Shown one piece after another: positions 16,004 through 28,600 of a stretch of 64,000 nucleotides of DNA. A model generated the notes under the pieces. It was not told where the DNA came from, searched no databases, and saw only the letters and a list, made by a program, of their open reading frames with translations. The first letter of the stretch is position 1. Each line of letters starts with the position of its first letter. The stretch is taken from assembly GCA_051294375.1 (NCBI GenBank), contig CM119267.1, positions 19,915,546 to 19,979,545 of the forward strand, read 5' to 3'. Made by a program: the position numbers and the translations under genes. The stretch comes from Paraspadella gotoi (taxonomy: Eukaryota > Animalia > Chaetognatha).

Positions 16004-18195
16004 GAGAGAGAGATTCAAAATGCCCTCGAAATCCATTGCCGGATTATAACTTCCGAATTTAATCTTCTGGAAGAAGGAAATCGTGTTGGGGGGTGTAAAC
16101 CTCGCCGAAAAATAATAATAATAATAAAAATATGAAATAAAAAAAAAGCGGGGAATTTTTTTTTTTTTTTTATTTTCCACTCGATCGAAGAAAAGCGAGG
16201 GGGCAATAGTTTCGAGTAAAGGCCAACTGAGAAGCGGGGATAGGGAGCGGAGGAAGAAAGAGAATAAAATTGGGAAATGGTTTCCCGACCGTTGGTTTCC
16301 AAATTCGCCTCGTTTCATTTGACCTTCCTTCGATTCCCTTTATATCTTTCCCTTTTTCGGTTCCTCGTCGCCTTTTCGCTCTTTTCCGTCGCGACGTTTC
16401 CACCGATTCATCGACGCTTACGACGAAGCGACACGAGAGCGACGATGACGACGACGACGACGAAGATTGCAACACGGAGGTGACGTCGTTGAAGAAGACG
16501 ACGACGAAATGCGAGAGACTGGGAATCGGGATTCGAAAACTATGTAAGAAACGCACGAAACCCAATGACATTCTCGCAATGCCGACCGACGCAGGCGCGA
16601 TGGCCGCCAAAGAGGGGGGAAAAAATGTCACTTTATACAATTGTCAATTTCTGAAATACCATCTGACGTCAAAGAGCGCTACGCAATGACAGGAACAAGG
16701 AAACTAAGGCGAACGATAAAATGAGAATATACAAGATGTCAGCATCGAGGTCGCGAGGAAGGAGAAGAAAGAAAAAGGAATAGAAAAAAAAGTAATCTCG
16801 AAACTGGCAGGGCCACGACGGGAAAGACGACGACGACGACGACGACGCCGACGATGGAATTCTTGGAGAAAAGAGAAAATCGACGTCATCTCTGGATGAT
16901 GAGATAGAGTTGTTGCAGTTGTTGTTGTGTTTCATTCCCGTTGTTCTCTTGTCCAATCGAAAGGCGACTCTTATATCCGGGTTGAGAGACTCCAACATCC
17001 GGGAAGTGGAAGACGAGAACCGGATTCGCGTGTCGGTGGAGTCGGCACGTAAAGTAGCTCGGAGGGGAGTAAATGGAAGAGGGGGTCAAAAGAAAATAAG
17101 GGGGAAAAGAGAGAAAGAGAAAGAGAGAGAGAGAGAGACGCACGAAATTGGAAGACGGATGAAAGTAGAGACGGGCGAGGAAAGAATGACCACTAGACGA
17201 AAAACTAAAAGGGGAAAAGGAGGAAGGAAAAAGTCGGGATCAAAGTAAATTGTTTGAGACATTAGCCTCGGCGAGGCATATTTAAAGAGGAGTGAGATAG
17301 AGAGACCTCGAATGACGAGGGGATAGAGATAAAGCATGAAAAATAAAGAGAGACAGAAGATACGGTAGAAAAGCTAACGGCGAAGAGCAAACTTCCTCTA
17401 TTTTGTCTCAACAATTTCTCAAAATAAACGTTGCAATGTTTGAAAAGGTTTTCTTTATTAATTCGTATTTCTTATTTTGATTGTGAATATGACGCATTTT
17501 TCACTTCTTTTAATTAAAAAAGATGTGGCTGAGTAAAAGAATTTCTCGCGGTAGCCGATTTGATTTTTTAAAAAAATGTAAGACAATGTCGTTCTCACGT
17601 ATAAGCCTGGTTATCTTAGTAAATCCGCTCAAAGAAACCGATACCGTCTAATTGAAAAAAAAAACTAAATCAGAAACGACGAGAAACTAAATGAGAGTGT
17701 GACGAGAATCACGATTTCACTGCTATTGTACGGCACGAGTGTTACAAGATTCTTTCGAGTGTGAAACGTTGTTGTCGTTGTTGTTGTTGATGCAGAGCCA
17801 AAGCTACCGATTGATAAATCTTTCAGGAGGAGAAAAGAAATGGAATTACAAGGGAGACAGGGATGTACGGGGAGAGAGAGACAGAGTGAGACAGATAGAC
17901 CTTGTCAACCTTTTCAAAGATTCCTTTGTCTTTTTTTTACGCACTTCGACAATCTTTTTTGGTATCACGAGCAAGTTGTTTTTGTTATTGTAATTCATAA
18001 TGGGGTCGGCTGGTTAATAATTTTAAAACATTTTTATCTTTAACACTGTTAGATTTAGTAAACAAGGGCTGAAATTAAAACAACCTCAGAGGGTTAGGCG
18101 GAGGGGCTGGGTGAGTTGGGCAAGTCACACAACTTCTTTACTCCTGATTAACTCAGCCTCAGGGTTAAGAGGCGAGAAAGCAGTTCCGATTTGTT

Positions 18196-18246
<51 letters not shown>

Positions 18247-18405
18247 CGCTTTGCCGATATTGGAATTCTCGGAGGCGCTCGGAAGCCACTAACGGTTGTC
18301 GTCAAAGAAGAAGCCCTGGCTCGACTTCCGGTTTGGTCGAGAATCGTCGACGCCGGGCGAGATTGGGCGCCGGCCGAGATTGCGGCGCCGGCATCGTCGT
18401 TGCCG

Positions 18406-18676
18406 TTATCCGGCGTCGACCTCGGAGACGAGCGAAGTCGTGAAGAGCGTGACGTCATCGTGCAGACCCGGGGGCGGCATCGGCGTCTCTTGGGTCGACG
18501 TGGGCGGATCAGCGACGACCTACATCGGTGGGCGGAAAGGATGGGCGGAGTCGGTGAAGAAATGGTGAGGAGACGGTAGAGAGAAGAAGTGAAGTTGTTC
18601 TCTTTTATTATTTCTTTCTTTCTTTTTTTCTTTCTTTCTTTTTTTCTTTCTTTCTTTCTTTCTTTCTTTTTTTATT

Positions 18677-18732
<56 letters not shown>

Positions 18733-21012
18733 TTTTTCTTTCTTTCTTTCTTTCTTTCTTCCACAGTCATCATTGTAGTATAGTATCGTTATAGGCTGTA
18801 CCTTTTTCCACTCTTTCGATTCCCAGTGCTCCGCGCATCCCTCCACCATGCGAACAACATCCGGGGTTGGCTTGGCGTTCTCGTCATCCGGGTCTGGATC
18901 CGGACCGGACGGCCGCCCGATTTCCAGGGGCAACTCCACCAAAAAATCCATGGTGCGTTCGCTGGGATCGAGGTTCCGTGAAGTGTGGAGGTATTGCCGA
19001 AAGCTCTCCAGCGTGTGCTTCAACCGATGCTCCACCTGATCGTGGAAAAAGGTGAGAGGGGATTTTGAAATAAGAATGGAACTCGAAAACAGAAAAAAAC
19101 AAGGAAAAACTCTTGGCCCATTTTGCAATTGAAACTCTGTCACTGCCACTAATGGACCCATAGGTATTTTCGACAAAAACGAAAACAACCTTCCCCATGG
19201 CCGCACCGGCGAGATGATTTATAACTATTAGTAACTGCAACAACAACCATTGAAAAAAACAAACAAATAAAAAAATCTATAAAAACCCATCTCACAAAAC
19301 TTTTGTGCAAAATACAGAGTGTCTCAAGCGTACTGTTACTTTACAAATGAACGCTGTGTCAAATTGGTAAGGTGAATTATTAATTTAATAGAACCACCGG
19401 AAAGATGAGTTCATACATTTTTTTGGTATCTCTATTATTAAGTTCAATTGTATTTTTATTGACAAAATGCGCAGTTCAAATAAGGGGTTATAAATTTAGG
19501 TGTCCTGCTTTTGGTTAAAAAAATCATTGTTCATGTTACATTATAGTAATATATGTTGTTTATTATGTCCTTGTTAAAGATTTTTGTAGATATGGAATGA
19601 TTTTTAAAAAAATCTGTTTTTATAAATACTCATTAAGGTTACATTCAGGATACTGTTAAACACTACAAATTTAGTATGAAATGATTCAGCATAGGATGTT
19701 AGATACATAAAATACTTTTTACTGCAAAAACTATTTTTCTGCTGACTTGTACTCATATGTATTGACAATATAATTGGCTATATCAAACTGCCTGTATATT
19801 CGTAATAATATTTCAATTAAAACTTATCCAATACTCTCACTATGTTAAAAATCTTTCAGAAAAGGCCTGTGACCATCATAATACCGTTGCAACATAATAT
19901 CATACAACCAAATAGCTAAAAAAAAATCATTTGGGTAGTTGGGCTTGGAAAGATTTGAATATTTCAAAATTGAAAAAAAATATTTCTGACATTTGATAAT
20001 GCTGATAGAATTTGACATAATAGTTTGATTTTCAAAATAAAGACATGATATAAAACTGTAAGCACTTCTGGATCTAACAAGTACAGTCATGTATTTTATA
20101 ATTTTTTTATATAACAGTAATGATCCACTGTATTTATTTGTAAAGTGACACTACGCTTGAGACACTCTGTATGAAGTCTTGAAATGGTTTTTTCCCGGAT
20201 TTTTTTTTTTTAGTATCGGGTTCGTCGGAAACCCATATAAATCTGTCAAAAATTGGAAATATTTTTTTCGGGCCCTTTTTTCTTCCCTCAGTATATCAGT
20301 GGCGATATGACGAAACGTTCACAATTTTTCTGATAAGTTTAGAAAAAGCATGAAAGCAGAATTTTTTCGGAGTTTTTGTGAAAAAAGTCAAAGTATAAAG
20401 AAAATAGAAATTAACTAAACTCTCATGAGCTCATGGGAGAAAAGAAATTGAATTAGCAAACTTTTAGTTTAACTTTCAAGACACACGATTACCGTTAGAG
20501 AGCGAAAAAGAAAATGAGAATGAGCGAGGAAAATGAGCGAAAGAAATCGTTAATCACTTGGAGGGGAAAAGAGGAAATCGGAGGGAAAGAAGCCGCGTGA
20601 GAAAAAGTGGGTGACGGTGGGTGGAATAATCGAGGGTGAAAAAAAAAGGAGTGTGTGAGCCTCCCTTCCCTCTACGCATGATTCATGAGGCAAAAAAGGG
20701 ACTTTTTTTGTGGAAGATTAAGAGTAACAGCGGAAAGGGTCACGGGTGAGACGTCTATGTAAAAATAAGAGGGGAAAAAAATTTGTGGTGACGGATGAAT
20801 CACGAGAGACGAGTACGACGCAGCGTTTACGAAAGCCCTCCAGCCCTCTCGCTCCTGGATGCATCGACAGAATTTCTGCCAGTTCGTCGTAGCATCGACG
20901 ACTCGTCTCGTGTAACGTTTGACTCGTCAAGTTTAACGCGTGGCGTGCGACGTTGGACCAACGAGCGGAACCGGCGTCAGGATCCTTTTTTTTCTTCTTT
21001 CGCGTGGCGCGT

Positions 21013-21076
<64 letters not shown>

Positions 21077-21142
21077 TAGAGAGAGAGATAGTATCCTCCG
21101 CGAGAGACATTTGTCGTTAGCTTCGTGCACGCGCGCGCGCGC

Positions 21143-21211
<69 letters not shown>

Positions 21212-22298
21212 CGAGAGCGAGATGAAAACGTAATCCCGAAAAGGAATTCTACTTTCCTCCTGTTTTCAAACATTAAAATTACATGAAGAATTTGATTTTC
21301 GCTCGTAATAAAAGCAAGTAATTAAATCTTAAAAAAAAAACAAAAAAAAAAAAATGAACAGGATTTTCGCCGAATTTGTTTACTTCCACTTTTTAAATCG
21401 GATTGCACGCTGACCTGAATTCTTTCGGCGACTGAGACCCCGAGCTGATTCCTTGTAGAATCCACCATCTCGAGTCGATAGCGGCACAACTGGTCGATCT
21501 TCTTCCGCTCCTCTTGAAAGCGGACCTCCCGCTGGGTAAATACGGCCTCCATGCGCCGTCGTTCGTCTCGTTTGGCGCGCTCCGTCGCCCTCTTCCGCTC
21601 GTTTTCGGAGAACGTGTTGTGAAGTCGCAGGTCATGCTTCTTTTCTTCGGCGAATTTCCAGAGGCGCTCCTCGAATACGCGCTCCACGGCAGCGATCTCC
21701 TTTTCCCGCGCTTCGGCAAAGACGAGACGCTCCCTCTCAAGCGCCGCCTGCACCCACGCCTGCGCCTCAGTTTCCTTCTCTCGCTCGAGTCGCTCCTCCA
21801 GCTCAGTCACTTGCCGCTCCACCTCTTCCCGCGAAGCTCGCTCCTGCTCCACGAGACGCTTCATCATGGAGGCCTCGATCTCGGCGCACCTGTCCTGCAT
21901 GGCCTTTTCGTATTTGAGCTTTAAGTCACTGATCACGCTCTCTTGCTCCACCTGATGGATTCGGGGGGGGGGTGTTGATCGCATTTAAAATAGTTTTTGA
22001 AGGATTAAAGAGCAGAAATAACCTTCGAAGAATGAAAACCAAAATTAATACATAACAGGGACCTGCTATGTCATTATCTTGTAAGAGTGATGGAAGCCTT
22101 AAACGACCAAAGCCTATCCAAAGTCAGGGGCAAAATAGCTTACATTTATGAAATAAATGGATAATTTTAATATCGGTTGTACAAATTTCATAACACAAAT
22201 TTTTTTGGTCTTTTGTTTTTGTTCTCGATATTCAGGATTTTTTACTCTCAAGGTCTCTCAGGCGAATTGAGCTCACGAAGTTTCGTGCCAACATGGGG

Positions 22299-22352
<54 letters not shown>

Positions 22353-22768
22353 TCAAATTTGAAATCACTCTCCCGCGAGTGCCGTTGGCGAGGCCGATTT
22401 TTGGATTCGTCAAATCCTCAGGGATTTCGTTCCTCGACTTGGATAATGGATATTCCTTTCGACGAGCGGCCACGTGGCAATCGTGGCCTTTTGTTGCCCG
22501 CGGGTAGGGAAATGGCGACGGGGGAAAGAAATTTTCCCAATCTAAATTTAACGAATCCTATGAACGCAGATAAACTTTTACCGCCCTATTAAAATTTTTT
22601 AAAAAATTTTGCTCAATGCTTTATTTTTTCGTTTATAAAAGTTATTTAAATAAGCCGGAACTGTCAATTATATTTTTTTAAATTTTGACAAAATGAGACA
22701 GAATGAAGGGCACAAAAGGAGATTCTGAAAAGTGAGAGACAGAGAGAGAAAAATAGAAAAAAGAAAGT

Positions 22769-22814
<46 letters not shown>

Positions 22815-23948
22815 AAAAAACCACTAGAATTGGAAAGCGTACACCACAAAAATGCAAGCATTGCCGTTTTAAGCTCTTGGAAAATCAAAAAAATTAAAAT
22901 CTAACTCGCCTGCAAGACTTTGTGAAGCTCATCCAAGGCTTCCTGCCTGATAACGCCTTCTTAATTCGCTCCTCTTCCTGCGCCCTCGTCACTGCGACGC
23001 TCTTTTGACGCTCCACGTCTCTCATGGCTTTGAGGTAGGCGTCATTACCGACGCCCAATACGTGATGGTGCGTTAGCTCGCGTCCGTCCAGGCCGGGAAG
23101 ATTCGTCAATATGGGTTTCGGTATTCGCTCGAACGACGTTTGGCGAGTCGGTTTTCTGATTAATGGGATTTAGGGTTTGGAATAAAAATAACTGATAAAA
23201 AAACAAAAACAATTTCCTTCGTCAGTCGTAAAAATATTTGGTAATTAAACTCATTTAATGCTAAAAAATATCGAGCTATTTTTATTTTTTAAGGAATACA
23301 CGAAATCATGTACAAGATTATCTAAGAATATACAAGAATATATAAATAATTTTAAGCAATGAATATAAGTATCATCAACGACGACAACAACAACAATTTC
23401 AACCTCAGAACTCCGGGCAAAGAGAACTGATCCCTGTTCTTCTCGCTCCTCATGGTGGTGAGCGGTCTTAGCGGCGCGTATTTGGCGCTTGCATCCGGCG
23501 TACGGCGCTCCTTCGCCTCCCCGCCCAGAGGGCCAGCACCGTCGTGACCGAAGACCAAAATTTGAAGCTTATTTCGATAAGAACGCGGAAAGACAGTCTG
23601 AGCGGCGCCCGGCGCCCACTTTCCGCACGCCGGTTCGTAGAAGGCATTGAAGCAGCAGTGTGGTTGTTGAGGAGTCAGAATCCCGCCGCCAGTCGTCGCT
23701 GGACGGATTCGCGTCGTACGCGCGGAATTCGTAGCCGACTTGAAACGGCTCCCACTGCTGGCGGTCGAAGTTTTCTGATGCTGGAGTCTACGTTGCCTTT
23801 GCTGCTGATGATGTCGGTACTGCTGAAACTTCTCTTTAAACTCCAGGGCTTCCTCCGAATAAGGAGTTTGGCAGTTTTTGTGGTAACCATGATTGTTGCA
23901 GACGACGAGGGTGTTGGCGTGAAAGTGATAAGAAGCGACCGTTCCCAT
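18406..23948 (-). CDS. Coiled-coil protein resembling the C6orf163 family; exons about 23948-23404, 23155-~22907, 21951-21415, 19035-18802, 18519-18406 (ends uncertain)
   Basis: LTHHHVLGVG and LKHTLESFRQYLHTSRNLDPSERTMDFLV resemble recalled C6orf163 motifs (THKDILDIG; LQETRMAFQKYINYTFP...ADFIL). They flank a long E/K/R coiled coil. Internal splice phases are compatible. Confidence 0.6.
19315..20169. mobile_element. 855-bp non-autonomous Tc1/mariner-type element (MITE) in an intron
   Basis: 34-bp TIRs, CAGAGTGTCTCAAGCGTACTGTTACTTTACAAAT vs reverse complement CAGAGTGTCTCAAGCGTAGTGTCACTTTACAAAT. TA on both sides. No transposase ORF. Confidence 0.92.
22055..22192 (+). mobile_element. Dispersed repeat family C, probable LINE 3' end fragment
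   Basis: Reverse complement of 62600-62735 and 45785-45875; a short piece also lies at about 2600-2622. Confidence 0.6.
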
Positions 23949-24699
23949 CGCTAGCAACGCTACGACGGTTTTGATGCCCGAAGATGGGAGTTTTTCAGGC
24001 TATCTGGATTATTGGAATCCCGTTGCAGAATCGAATAAATTAGTAAGTTTAGTAGACTCTACAAAATATTTCTGAAAGGGCTCGGATCGCAGATATTGAC
24101 GCCGAAGGCCTCCGAATTAAAGTTCGGCCAAATAACATGCAGCGTCGTCGTGTTCATAGAGACGCGCACCGTTGTTTCCACGAGGGATACTAATTTTCCC
24201 ATTGCGACACGAGCATCGGAGAAGTCGAATCCGAGGGCATTTGCGCCATCCGGGGAAATCAAACGCCGACACGCAAACGTAAAACGACCGTCGCCATCAT
24301 GGAGTGTTAGAAATCTTTGCCAAATCGCCATTTGCTCTGCATGTGTGCAATAGCCAGGTTCTGTGTAGACTTTGTTGTTGAAAATAAATTATATACAAAT
24401 ACTTTGATTCATTGCTTAACCCACCCATGAAGCTTGATGCGATTTTGTCTTCAGTTATTCTCTTCTTGATCTCGGAAGGACATACGTTATAAAATTTAAG
24501 CAGTTATAGTATAACTTAAACCATTGTTAATATACTAAGATTGGAAACTGATTGTTTAAAAAACTAAAAAGAAAGAATTTGGAAAGAAACTCAAGGTCAT
24601 GGTTCGGTTTTGTAGTAATCATCTATTTTCATTAGACTTTGCAATTACAATTTAGGATACAAATAGGGCGCGAAGCATAAATGATAGCCGGTATTGCGG

Positions 24700-25100
24700 C
24701 AAAATGAATAATCTTTCCGATTTGTCGATTTGAGAATATAATTGTTGTCATAGAAACTCGAATAAGGTTGTCTGATTGGCTGCTTGCGATGAAAAAAGTA
24801 GTCCCCTTCTCAAATGAACTTCGCAGCGGGATTTTAAGCTAATATTAAAACGAAATCGTAAAATAAATCATACGACAGTAAAAACTCTGCTTCTAAATAA
24901 TTATAATTTGACGTAAGCTCATAGTCAAGTTAGTATAGTGTTGAGTATCCGCTAAATGGTGGCGCAAGGTATTACTCCGCGCTTCCACCTCTTTCCTTCC
25001 GCACCGTCCTTTTTACGTTGCTTGGTCTTTGGGATTTTTTTAGCTGGAATTTATTCCTCAAGCAATAAATGTTTCTGAATTTACTTATTGATGGTTCGTC
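24700..25100. promoter_or_regulatory. Candidate divergent promoter region between the C6orf163-like gene (-) and 14-3-3 (+)
   Basis: The genes are head to head. An inverted CCAAT box (CTGATTGGCT) lies near 24772 and a YY1-like AAATGGTGGCG near 24954. Positional inference only. Confidence 0.3.
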
Positions 25101-25654
25101 AGTAATTTCTTCCTTTCGCCAAATCCTGATTTAAGATTTCCGCGATCAAAATGAGCAATTACAATGACTCAGCGCCATTTTAAGATTCCGAAACATCAAA
25201 TGCACGTTTCTTCGTTTTCTCTAATTTGATATAAATGCATGATAATGTGATATATATATATCGATGGATTACAGAGTTTTGCCATCTAATTGCCTTTCTT
25301 CACTACCATTGCAATACTGATGCAATGGTATGGGACGGTTGGCTATGACACCTGGGTTTTTTAGATGAAATTTTATTCAATGCTAATGCCCATTTCATTT
25401 GTCATTAAAATTTACGTCAGCTCTGGTCTAAGTTGTAGCCAATTTATCGTCGCGAATACGTGGGTCGATACAGTGGTTCAATCAATAACGTTTAATCTTT
25501 ATGTAGTGTGGTACGTAAATACGAATTATGTCTTTGTTAACATGATTTTATCGCCAAATCCAGGTTTGGATCTATCCAATAGCAATAAGGTGGGATTTTC
25601 TGAACTAGCTTAATATTAACATAACCTTCGTGTCGGAGGCCTCAAACATTTACC

Positions 25655-28600
25655 ATGGCTGACAGAGAAGATCACGTTTACATGGCCAAGTTGGCGGAAC
25701 AAGCAGAAAGATATGACGGTAAAGAGCAAACAAGGAATTTTATTTGAATGTATTTATTCTAAGTATACAATTATGAATTAAATTTACAGAAATGGTGAAA
25801 TCGATGAAAGAAGTGGCGAAAATGGACGTCGAGCTTACAGTGGAGGAAAGAAACTTGCTATCAGGTTCAATTATAAAATTATTGATAAAATTACTATGAG
25901 AAATGTCAGTGTTAGGTTAATTTTCAACGATGAATTTTTACAGTCGCCTATAAGAACGTGATCGGCGCTCGGAGAGCCTCGTGGCGAATCATTTCGTCCA
26001 TCGAACAGAAGGAAGACGCAAAATTATCCAATGATGGAGCTGGCAAAACAGAAAGCCCCAAACTCGGTCAGATGAAGGAATACCGGTGTCAGGTAATTAG
26101 AATCGAATCGCTATTAGAGCGATTATGATCCATCTTATTTTTGTCATAGATGATGTATATGTATATGTCTGTATATGCTATAGACAGAAACTATAAAGTG
26201 TTCCATGTTTTAAGGTGGAGGCGGAGTTGAAAGAAATATGCGACGATATCCTCGATGTTTTGGACAAAAACCTCATCAAACAAGCGAATTCGGGGGAATC
26301 CAAAGTCTTCTACTACAAAATGTTTGTAACTATAAAACTTATTATGAACGCACGCTTTTAAGTTGGTATTTTAACTTAAAATTCAGGAAGAAAAAAAAAT
26401 GAATCTTTCAAAGAAAAATAAAGAAATAAGAATAAACAAAGATAGATAAATAAATGAATTCGAATGTTATTGGTCCCATTAAAGTCTATCTTGACAAAAT
26501 CTAATTTATTTAAAATATTCATTTCAATTTTGTAGCGATGAAATGCAAAATATATGTTTAAAAAGTATTTTCTTGATGCATCTATTAGTATTCTTATGAA
26601 CGTTCTTTTTTTTTTCTATCTTTATATATTTATTTGTTTTGTTTATTTTAATTTTTTTTTCTTTTTTTTTCCCCTTTTTTTCCCTTTTTTTCCCTTTTTT
26701 TCTCCTTTTTTCCCTTTTTTTCTCTTTTTTTCCCCTTTTTTCCAAATTTTTTTTTCTTTTCTTTTTTTTCCCTCTCTTCTTTTCCTCTCTTCTCTTCTCT
26801 TTTCTTCTCTTTTTTTCTCTTTTCTTCTCTTTTCTTCTCTTTTCTTTTTATACGTCAGCATATTTGACTGAACGTACGCTTCAAATCTTGTTGCAGGACG
26901 CAAGTTTAAAAAATGAGCGGCGTTGTGATCTAGTGGAGGTTAATTGTAACCGACTTATAAGCTCACGGTATTATTATAATATGTTTTAGACTTATTACAG
27001 AGGTAGCATATCCAATCCAAGATACTTTTGGTTGCACTTTTTACTTTTTATTTATGGTATTTCAAGTTTCAACCATAATATATGAAATTGGTACTTTTTA
27101 ATATAAAACGACATAGATGGGTGCGGTTTTTAACGTGTAATGTACACTTTACATTGAACTTTACTTTTAATTAATAACTATTTTCTTTTTCCTGGAATCC
27201 AAGTTTTTATTTGTTCGTTTTGAAACCTATGCAGATATAATATATGGCGAACATGCCTTGATTTTTTCAAGCTTTTGCTGGTCGACTCATTTTGACATTA
27301 TTAAATTAATGTGTACTCTTACCTCCTGTGTAGGTTTTAAAACTATGAAAAAGATAAAAAAGAAATTAGATTTGCTTTGTATTATGTAAAAAAAATTTAT
27401 AGGAAAGGCGACTACCATCGCTATCTGGCGGAATTCGCTACCTCCGCTCAGCGAAAGGAGGCGGCGGAGAATTCCCTGGTCGCGTACAAGACGGCTTCGG
27501 ACGTGGCTCAAAGCGATCTCCCATCCACCCACCCGATTAGGCTCGGCCTGGCCCTTAATTTTTCGGGTGTGTTATTATCTTAGTCAAGTCATAAGTCACC
27601 TTGACCATCTTATCCAGTGTATATCCACTGTTATACCTGGTAGACCATTTACAATTTATATTCTAAATTACTGTTATTTTATTAAATTTTTTTCTAATTC
27701 TTTAGTTTTCTACTATGAAATCCTCAACTCCCCGGACCGCGCTTGTCGATTGGCCAAAGCCGCCTTCGACGACGCCATAGCCGAACTGGACACCTTGAGC
27801 GAGGAGTCGTACAAAGACTCCACCCTCATTATGCAGCTTTTGAGGGACAATCTGACGCTTTGGACGTCGGACATCGCCTGCGACGGTAAAGATTTAGATT
27901 TGGCTTTAAAATTAATTAACGTTCGTATCGCCAAATGTTTTTTCTCTTTGGAAATAAACCTTTCGCTTTGTATTCTTTTGCGTATTTGTTGAATTAATCG
28001 TTCGTTCCCTTTTTCGTGTTTTTTTTGTTTGCTCTCATTCTTGATGTATTATGTCACACAAGATAAAGCAGACAAAGATGAATCAGGTTTGATATTTATT
28101 TGAGGTTCTCGATAAGCTTTACTATCGGCTGCCTGTATCGATTTTTAGTATGTTTGATTTTTAGACGTATAGTCTTTAAACAAATGTCACATAAAGCCAC
28201 ATAAAGACAAATTTATTGTTTTTACTGCATGAGAAAAATGCAAACAAAAAATCTATGCATATTTCACCTTAAAAAAAGAGCTTAGTTGGATTTCAAATAC
28301 CAGGAAAAGACGGGCCATGACCCTGAAGAGACAGTAATTATTGTTATGTGTTAGTGACAGAACCGTTGGTGGATTTTAGTCCACCATAAATCCCCCCTCC
28401 CATAGGGAGAAGTATGTTGCGTCTCTTTAGTGAATTGTTGTTGTTGAGGCATGTCGCCTGATGTGTTGCTGGCGGAAAGTGCATCGCCAGGTTGAGGCAT
28501 GTCGCCTGAAAGTGTTGTTGTTATTTTCGGAAGTCAGGCTCACCAATGAAGAGACAGTAATTATTGTTATGTTTTAATGACAGAACTGTTCAATATAAGC

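Noticed and set aside
15785-17340. Several overlapping ORFs, possibly further 3' exons of the C6orf163-like gene
   Set aside because: Low complexity, no recognisable domain, and no splice path I could justify.
20718-21273. ORFs with ERER/SLSL runs
   Set aside because: Translations of (GA)n microsatellites.
26524-26989. Phe-rich or Lys-rich ORFs
   Set aside because: T-rich low-complexity intron of 14-3-3.
28320-28370. Hammerhead ribozyme (CTGAAGAG core)
   Set aside because: There is no stem II followed by GAAA; the sequence is the SINE tail repeat.
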